A stretch of DNA of 64,000 bases from NCBI RefSeq assembly GCF_003334765.1, contig NZ_QOWT01000005.1. One strand, written 5' to 3'. Numbering within the stretch: position 1 is the first letter of the stretch; every line of letters starts with the position of its first letter. Below the pieces are notes generated by a model, which ran no database searches, was not told the origin of the DNA, and was given only the letters and a program-made list of their open reading frames with translations. This document shows positions 58,229 to 64,000 of the stretch, piece after piece. This stretch comes from Escherichia coli. GTDB taxonomy: Bacteria > Pseudomonadota > Gammaproteobacteria > Enterobacterales > Enterobacteriaceae. The position numbers and the translations under genes were made by a program.

Positions 58229-59905
58229 TTACAAAGACAGAATCACTTTTGCACCCACCGCCAACTGGTAAAGGATGGTGGAAATACCGCGAGTAACTTC
58301 AATGTTTTTCGATTCATATTTCGGCAGAACCATAATCTCATCGCCCGGTTTGAGTGAATCCACATCTTCTGCGTTGACGGCTGCACCGTTCTGACGAATG
58401 ACGATAATTCTGGCGTTACCCGATTTCTGCGTCAGGCCACCACATTTCTCGATGTAATCCTCGGTGGTCATACCCTTCTGCCAGCTCACCGCGTTCGGGA
58501 ACAGCACTTCGCCATGAACCATAACCAGCGATGTTTTCTCCGGAATATTGATGACGTCGCCATCTTCAAGCAGAACAGAATCAATATTGGATTCGTTGAG
58601 GATCACTTCACCTTTCGGAACAACGGTGCGTGCTTTCGCCACAAAGCGGCTGATCAGTTGTGCTTCCTGCATTCGCAGGCTGGCTTCTTCTTTGGTGGAT
58701 GACTGGGCAGAAAGTGATGCTTCCTCCAGCTTTTGCAGCGAGAGATTCAGCATCTCTTTCTGACGCTGAGCCACTGATGGGCGATAAAGCTGAACTGCGT
58801 TCATCTGCGACATGCTGTTCGGGCGGACTTTTTCCAGAACCGCACGCATAGTGGAACCATAAGGCAGTACCATGGCATGTTCACCGGAGTGTGCGCCTTC
58901 AACCCGCACCTGAATGGTGCCGGCATAGCGGTCAGTGCTCACGATTAAGGTATCGCCATTTTGCAACATACGGCCTGGCGCAGAACTGATCGGATAGTAT
59001 TCGCTGCGTTTTTGCAGCCCCTGTTTACGCATAATCGTAATGTGAGTCGCGCCAGGCTTAGGGCGCGCCCAGCTCAACGCTTCCGTTACGGGAATGCTGC
59101 TTTCGCGGAACTCAAAGTCGTAGCTGTTAAAGACATCGCCCTGAACGCTGAAAGTATGCTGACGCGGCCCGACGATGATGGTGTCACCATCGGCGAACTG
59201 CGAAAGCCCCAGTTTGCCGTTCAGCAGGAAGTCGTACAGGTTGACGTTGGAGCGCACGCGGTTACCGCGCTTGACCACAATATCAACGTAACTTCCGCGC
59301 TCTGGATCAACGCCGCCAGCCTTGATCAGATAATTGAGTAACGAATCAGACGTCACACCGCCATACAGACCAGGATTACGCACAAATCCGGTCACGTACA
59401 CTTTTACTGGCTGCGCCTGTAATAAGGAGGCGTAGACGTTGACGTTGGACTGGTATACTTCCTTCACTTTGGATGTGACCAGGGCATTTAGCTGACTATT
59501 ACTGACGCCAGCAACTTTCACCGGACCAACGTTCGGCAGGAAAATATTACCTTTGGGATCAACCTGTAACGCACCATCAAAGGTGAACGCACCCCACAAG
59601 CGAACCTGAATGCTATCACCCGGATTCAGAATATAGTCAGGGTTGAATCCTACCGTCGCACCGCTATCTGCGCTGGTGCCGTTGAAAAGTTGAGCACCAA
59701 ACATACGGCTCATTACCACCGGCGGTGCGGGCGGCGGGGTATTGTCGAAGCCGCTCATGTTTTGCGTATCCGACTGTTGCCCGTTCAGAATACCGGTAAG
59801 CGGCGCGGCTCCTGTAAGGTTTGGGTCGGCGTTAATATCAATGGCCGCGCTGGCCTGCGCCGCGTGACAGGCGGCAATCAGTAAAATTGATTTAAATAAT
59901 TTCAT
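58229..59905 (-). CDS. kpsD: capsule export OPX-family periplasmic/outer-membrane protein (558 aa)
   Basis: MKLFKSILLIAACHAAQASA signal peptide. Recognised as KpsD. Confidence 0.93.
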   Translation of the reverse strand: MKLFKSILLIAACHAAQASAAIDINADPNLTGAAPLTGILNGQQSDTQNMSGFDNTPPPAPPVVMSRMFGAQLFNGTSADSGATVGFNPDYILNPGDSIQVRLWGAFTFDGALQVDPKGNIFLPNVGPVKVAGVSNSQLNALVTSKVKEVYQSNVNVYASLLQAQPVKVYVTGFVRNPGLYGGVTSDSLLNYLIKAGGVDPERGSYVDIVVKRGNRVRSNVNLYDFLLNGKLGLSQFADGDTIIVGPRQHTFSVQGDVFNSYDFEFRESSIPVTEALSWARPKPGATHITIMRKQGLQKRSEYYPISSAPGRMLQNGDTLIVSTDRYAGTIQVRVEGAHSGEHAMVLPYGSTMRAVLEKVRPNSMSQMNAVQLYRPSVAQRQKEMLNLSLQKLEEASLSAQSSTKEEASLRMQEAQLISRFVAKARTVVPKGEVILNESNIDSVLLEDGDVINIPEKTSLVMVHGEVLFPNAVSWQKGMTTEDYIEKCGGLTQKSGNARIIVIRQNGAAVNAEDVDSLKPGDEIMVLPKYESKNIEVTRGISTILYQLAVGAKVILSL

Positions 59906-59928
59906 CACAAACTCATTCAGCGACAGCG

Positions 59929-61077
59929 TTAGTCTCGGTGATCTTCAATAACAGCCAGCAACAGTTTCAGGGTGCCGAATAGCAGGCAGCACACCAGTAA
60001 CCAGCAGGCGATCAAATAAGGGATATTTGGAAAAGACGATTCCTGCGGCAACTGTGGCGAACTGATCACTGACAGCACCTTGAGCTTACGAGCCGCTTCT
60101 ACACGGGTCTTTTCAATGGAGGTCAGGGTCAGTTTGTACAGCTCGGTGTTGAACTCTACTTTTGATTTGATTTCTTCAAAATCCACCGCCATACGGTTTA
60201 GCTTGTCACCCTGCGGCGCTGTGATTTTGCTTTTTTCTTCGTCAATTTGTGCCTGCAATGACTGAATCGCATTACGCGCACTCACAACTTGCGGGGCGTC
60301 TTCACGCAGATACGTCAGCAAGTTCCGCAGGTCCGCTTCCATCTGGATCTTCTGGCCCATCAGCGTATTGACTAACGTGCTCGCCGCCTGTGCCTGTGCC
60401 TGTGGATCCAGAACGTTGTTGTTGTCCTGATAAGAGAGCAATTCCGCTTTGCTGGCGTCCAGACGCTGGCGTGCCTTTTCCATCTCCGTTTCTGCAAAGG
60501 CAAGCTGGTCACGCGCGATGCGATGTGACATCTCATTGATAAAGCGCTCTGACTCTTTCAGCACGGTCTGGTTAAACTTAAGCGCAAACTCCGGGCTAAA
60601 GCCCTGCGTCTGAATATTCAGTAATCCGGTTTTATCGTCATACGAGACGTTGATACGGTCCTTGTAGTACTTCAGGAAGCCTTCTGCAGTTTCATCCTTG
60701 CTAAGATGATTAAGAAAATCGAGCCCGCTGTGGCTAAACGCTTCACGAAAATTTAGTTGCTTATCCAGTGCCGCCAGCATATCCGGCGAGTTGATGTACT
60801 CTTTCAGATACAACGCATCTTCTGCGGAACTGGGGTTAGAGGCACCCAGAAGCAGACCAAAATTCAGGCTGCCGCTGTTTAAATCATCCGAGCGTTTAAT
60901 GGCGACTTTCGACTCGCTCATATAGCGAGGCTGGCTGAAGATAGCCAGATAGATCAGCAGCACCGCCATCGGTGCCAGAATGATGATTTTCGCCAGGTGT
61001 TTTTGGATATCTGCCAGTGAGATGGCAGACAGACGAGCACGCATCCAGGATACGGCAGACTTCACTTTTATCAACAT
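59929..61077 (-). CDS. kpsE: capsule export PCP-3 inner-membrane adaptor (382 aa)
   Basis: N- and C-terminal membrane segments flanking a coiled-coil periplasmic region. Recognised as KpsE. Confidence 0.93.
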   Translation of the reverse strand: MLIKVKSAVSWMRARLSAISLADIQKHLAKIIILAPMAVLLIYLAIFSQPRYMSESKVAIKRSDDLNSGSLNFGLLLGASNPSSAEDALYLKEYINSPDMLAALDKQLNFREAFSHSGLDFLNHLSKDETAEGFLKYYKDRINVSYDDKTGLLNIQTQGFSPEFALKFNQTVLKESERFINEMSHRIARDQLAFAETEMEKARQRLDASKAELLSYQDNNNVLDPQAQAQAASTLVNTLMGQKIQMEADLRNLLTYLREDAPQVVSARNAIQSLQAQIDEEKSKITAPQGDKLNRMAVDFEEIKSKVEFNTELYKLTLTSIEKTRVEAARKLKVLSVISSPQLPQESSFPNIPYLIACWLLVCCLLFGTLKLLLAVIEDHRD

Positions 61078-61148
61078 GTAACGATTATCAAAGTTTCAGT
61101 GGGGCGCAAACTCAATGAGAGACTAACCTCTCGCACCCCGTTGCTTAA

Positions 61149-62132
61149 TTAGTCGAAAATGCGCACAAGGCCAGTGACTTTATTTGCCTTGTTGGTCACC
61201 AATAACGTTGAGACGCGGTGCTTTTGCATTTTTTCTTCCGCTTCAATGATCATGGTGTCTTCCGGTAGCGTCAGCGGTTCACGTGTCATCATCTGCGCAG
61301 CCGTGGCGGATGTCAGAGAATCCTCTTTTTCCATAAAGCGACGCAGGTCACCGTCGGTGATAATGCCCGCTAGCCCACCTTCTGCGTCTTCTACCATCAC
61401 CATTCCCTGGCATCCGCTGGTGATACGTTGAATCACGGTTTTAAATGACGCATCCAGCTGTACCGCAGGAACATCATGCTGCATGACATCAGCAACGCGG
61501 GTCAGCAGGCGACGACCTAATGAACCGCCCGGGTGATAGCGCGCAAAATCATTCGGCATAAATTTGCGTTGGTGGATCATGGCAATCGCCAGCGCATCGC
61601 CGATCGCCATCGTCAGCGTGGTAGACGTTGTTGGTGCAAGATTATTCGGGCAGGTTTCATTCGCCATGTGGAGTTCCAGCACGGCATCAGCATTTTTCGC
61701 CAGCGTGGAATTTCCATTATTGGTAATGGCGATAATTCGGTTGCCGAAATTTTTCAGTGAAGGAACTAGCTTGAGGATTTCATCCGTTTCACCGCTGGCA
61801 GAAATAAGGATCAGAAGATCGTAAGGCGTAATCATGCCCAGATCGCCATGGAAAGCTTCTGCAGGATGAATAAAGAAACTAGGCGTACCCGTAGAGGCCA
61901 GCGTCGCTGACATTTTACGACCGACATGCCCTGATTTACCCATTCCCGAAAGAATAACGTGCCCTTTACAGTTCATTATCAAATTAAGGACACGCTGGTA
62001 CTGCCCGGAATCCAGTTGTTTAGACAAGTTTTGTAATGCTGCGCCTTGTTCTGCCAGAGTCTGGCGAACAGAGGTAATTAGATATGGATCGATAGTACTG
62101 CTCTGGTCATCAGGTAAATGTCTTTCAGACAT
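61149..62132 (-). CDS. kpsF: arabinose-5-phosphate isomerase, capsule-specific (327 aa)
   Basis: MSERHLPDDQSSTIDPY. SIS domain (GMGKSGHVG) plus tandem CBS domains. AAGGAG SD before the ATG at 62132. The GTG at 62168 is rejected. Confidence 0.93.
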   Translation of the reverse strand: MSERHLPDDQSSTIDPYLITSVRQTLAEQGAALQNLSKQLDSGQYQRVLNLIMNCKGHVILSGMGKSGHVGRKMSATLASTGTPSFFIHPAEAFHGDLGMITPYDLLILISASGETDEILKLVPSLKNFGNRIIAITNNGNSTLAKNADAVLELHMANETCPNNLAPTTSTTLTMAIGDALAIAMIHQRKFMPNDFARYHPGGSLGRRLLTRVADVMQHDVPAVQLDASFKTVIQRITSGCQGMVMVEDAEGGLAGIITDGDLRRFMEKEDSLTSATAAQMMTREPLTLPEDTMIIEAEEKMQKHRVSTLLVTNKANKVTGLVRIFD

Positions 62133-62760
62133 ATCAGCTCCTTTGCACGGAAATAATGCCACAGTCACAACAAACCCGAACCCACTATAATTTATTTATG
62201 CTAAATCAATGGGTTGTAACAAAATTTTTAATGAATATAAAACCATGGTCAGTCCATGCTTATATGCAGGACTTATCACCTTCTTATTAAGTCGCAATGT
62301 CTCATGGAGGTGCGAAGATGCTGCAATATTACAGGCGAGAAGGGGAACCAAATTTTGCCCACCTATTTAACACACCCCTACATTATGAACAAGGAATTTA
62401 GGATTTTTATCATTTATTAAAATGTTTCCTACTTGACTATTAAACCAAAAAACAATTTATCAATTGATTATTTCCTTGTAAAAAAAGAACGTATGACCAT
62501 GTTATTAATAAATAAAACACGTAAATAATGGTGATGTTGTTTTGTGATTAACTATTTAAGAGTGGCATAATAAACAAGTTGACAATTTCTATGTAAAGAA
62601 GAAGAAAATAATAAAATTTTAGCGGTGACTATTGAATGATATGATAGTTGTGGTGTTGATTATTTCTGGTAATGAATGCGGAATTAAATCTGGCCGGATT
62701 GTATTTTTGCTATATCTATTTTTCAGGAGATTATTATTAAATATAAAAATAACAATGGTG
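62133..62760 (-). promoter_or_regulatory. kps region 1 promoter/leader region
   Basis: Very AT-rich about 600 bp upstream of kpsF. The characterised thermoregulated (H-NS/SlyA/IHF) promoter lies about 225 nt upstream of kpsF in group 2 loci. Sites were not mapped here. Confidence 0.5.
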
Positions 62761-62930
62761 ATTATCTCCGGTTGACCTGGAGTCACGTATGCCAGCGAGT
62801 GCTTTCTTCCGGGCCTTCCTTCACTTCAGAGAAAAAGAGGCAATCATCAGGCTCTTTTTGAGTCATATGCGCCGATAATCAACTGTCTTGAACGTAAAAA
62901 TTATGGAGCAACATGATGCTACGATTCATT

Positions 62931-63140
62931 TCACTCTTCGTTCTTTCTGAGCATTGCGTTCAGGATGGTCAGCAATTTACGCATACTGTCAACCAGCGCC
63001 ACTTTTTTGGTTTTTCCGGCTGCTGACAGATGCATGTAAAATGCCTTTATCACCGGATTAAACCAGGTTACCACAAGCGCTGCCATGTGCAGGGCTGCTC
63101 TTGCCTCCGTACGCGCACTGGCGTCGTTCGGCCAGCAGAT
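62931..63140 (-). mobile_element. 3' remnant of an IS110-family transposase gene (pseudogene fragment)
   Basis: Minus-strand translation ...ARAALHMAALVVTWFNPVIKAFYMHLSAAGKTKKVALVDSMRKLLTILNAMLRKNEE* matches the conserved C-terminus of IS110-family transposases (YMAAL...NP..K.FY.RL...GK.KKVALVA.MRKLL.ILNAML). There is no upstream catalytic domain. Confidence 0.6.
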
Positions 63141-63270
63141 ATGTGTGGGATAACAGGGATGTTATGTGAACTGAACTGTGTTTTGTTAGCGGGGGGATGT
63201 TTATTGATGATTCGGGAGTGTTTAAGACCTGATGGCGTTATGCTCCCAAGTTTATTTTATATAAAGATCC

Positions 63271-63299
63271 AAAAGCAAAAACCCGCCTTGTGGGCGGGT
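63271..63299 (-). terminator. rho-independent terminator, probably the native pheV terminator
   Basis: On the minus strand: acccgcc-cacaa-ggcgggt followed by ttttgctttt, 13 nt downstream of the tRNA-Phe-like CCA end. Confidence 0.6.
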
Positions 63300-63311
63300 T
63301 CTTTAGAATAG

Positions 63312-63333
63312 TGGTGCCGGAATCGGAATCGAA
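63312..63333 (-). repeat. degenerate copy of the 3' end of tRNA-Phe (pheV), genomic-island attachment direct repeat
   Basis: Minus strand reads TTCGATTCCGATTCCGGCACCA, against the E. coli tRNA-Phe 3' end TTCGATTCCGAGTCCGGGCACCA (one substitution, one deletion). The rest of the tRNA is absent. Confidence 0.75.
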
Positions 63334-63443
63334 AATTTCTTTTATCATATTGATATTAATATAATTTGTTTGGTTTGATTAAAAATGTACCCTCAATTAT
63401 ACCCGCAGTCCCTTTTGATATCGAAAGGGAATCACACTCGGGA

Positions 63444-64000
63444 TCAGGCTGAGAGCACAGAAGGAAAGTACCTGGCTATTATATCGTTAATTCTGTCAAT
63501 CAGTTCCAGCCTTTTGAAAGTGATGTGTGCAGATCCCTTCTTAAAGTATTTAATGATGAACATCTCGTCTTCATAGCGCTCTTTACCCTGAACGGACTGG
63601 ATGTGACCATCCAGACGAATAGTGATGTTTTCCCGGTTGTCGGGGATCGGTTTGCCGCTGAACAGATGTAGCATTCTTTCCAGGTCGACGAGTCGGTCAG
63701 TCTGTTGCCCGGTGATAAGATGAAACCCCCACCGGTCCCACCTCACCAGGTTGTTGACGATAATTTTACTGCCAAATTTGCAGGGGCAATTGGTTTTGTA
63801 ATTCCAGCTCAGTCCCCTGAAGACGTTGATCACCCCTCGCTCAAACACCTCATCCTTATTCTGGTGTAGTTGTTCAAATGTGATCAGAATGTTCGCTTCA
63901 CTGATTTCCGGAAAATTATCGTACTCCAGTGACCGGTACCATGTATCACGGGCCTGTGCATCCATTAAGGAAAGCATCCCTGAACGTTGCATCAGGTCAC
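63444..64000 (-). CDS. DUF4942-type island protein, possibly 5'-truncated by window edge
   Basis: Frame is open to the window end (ATG at 63992 is possible). VFERGVINVFRGL...KFGSKIIV...LVDLERMLHLFSGK...KKGSAHITFKR aligns, as I recall it, with DUF4942 proteins that end CP4-like/pheV-type islands. Confidence 0.6.
   Translation of the reverse strand, partial: DLMQRSGMLSLMDAQARDTWYRSLEYDNFPEISEANILITFEQLHQNKDEVFERGVINVFRGLSWNYKTNCPCKFGSKIIVNNLVRWDRWGFHLITGQQTDRLVDLERMLHLFSGKPIPDNRENITIRLDGHIQSVQGKERYEDEMFIIKYFKKGSAHITFKRLELIDRINDIIARYFPSVLSA

Noticed and set aside
63030-63311. 93-aa + strand ORF
   Set aside because: It overlaps the IS110 remnant in antisense and runs through the terminator hairpin. 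There is no SD and the composition is odd.
63312-63333. Possibility of an intact tRNA-Phe gene
   Set aside because: Only the last 22 nt resemble pheV. The upstream sequence is AT-rich and cannot form the cloverleaf.
1-64000. Scan for CRISPR arrays, rRNA, and large direct or inverted repeats
   Set aside because: I noticed no regularly spaced repeats and no rRNA-like segments. The only repeats are REP/BIME units, the boxC-like element and the SslE linker repeats.

Overview
This window reads as an Escherichia coli chromosome segment of the non-K-12 (ExPEC-like) type, in reverse orientation to the K-12 map. No database search was possible. All calls rest on the translated ORFs, motifs visible in the sequence, and my recall of E. 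coli proteins.

Gene order, left to right:
- 3' end of the hydrogenase-2 operon (hybC' DEFG), then yghU, gss and pitB.
- Three paralogous P-loop genes (yghT, divergent from yghS-yghR).
- A strain-variable yghQ-to-yghO accessory locus. The + strand carries a MOP flippase, an orphan 274-aa protein, a YtfJ-like periplasmic protein and an LptF/LptG-like permease pair with no ATPase. These converge on a minus-strand operon: fatty-acyl-AMP ligase, SDR reductase, acyl carrier protein, serine-palmitoyltransferase-like enzyme. The GNAT gene yghO is divergent from that operon.
- The glycolate genes glcC / glcDEFGBA.
- The SslE (YghJ) lipoprotein metalloprotease with a complete T2SS-beta (pppA, yghG pilotin, gspC-M).
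- A group 2 capsule (kps) locus: JUMPstart/ops, kpsMT, an AT-rich two-gene serotype region 2, and kpsSCUDEF on the opposite strand.
- An IS110-family remnant, what looks like the native pheV terminator, a degenerate 22-nt copy of the tRNA-Phe 3' end (island attachment repeat), and the last gene (DUF4942-type) of a pheV-associated island.

I found no rRNA, intact tRNA or CRISPR array.

The most interesting signals are:
1. The lipid locus at about 7.4-20.4 kb. Its functions match, one for one, the bacterial ceramide pathway defined in Caulobacter, and it sits next to an orphan Lpt-like exporter.
2. The two-gene capsule region 2. Its 1169-aa product looks like a three-module polymerase (KpsC/KpsS-like domain, HAD phosphatase, unknown C-terminal domain) and is followed by an alpha/beta-hydrolase-TPR protein.
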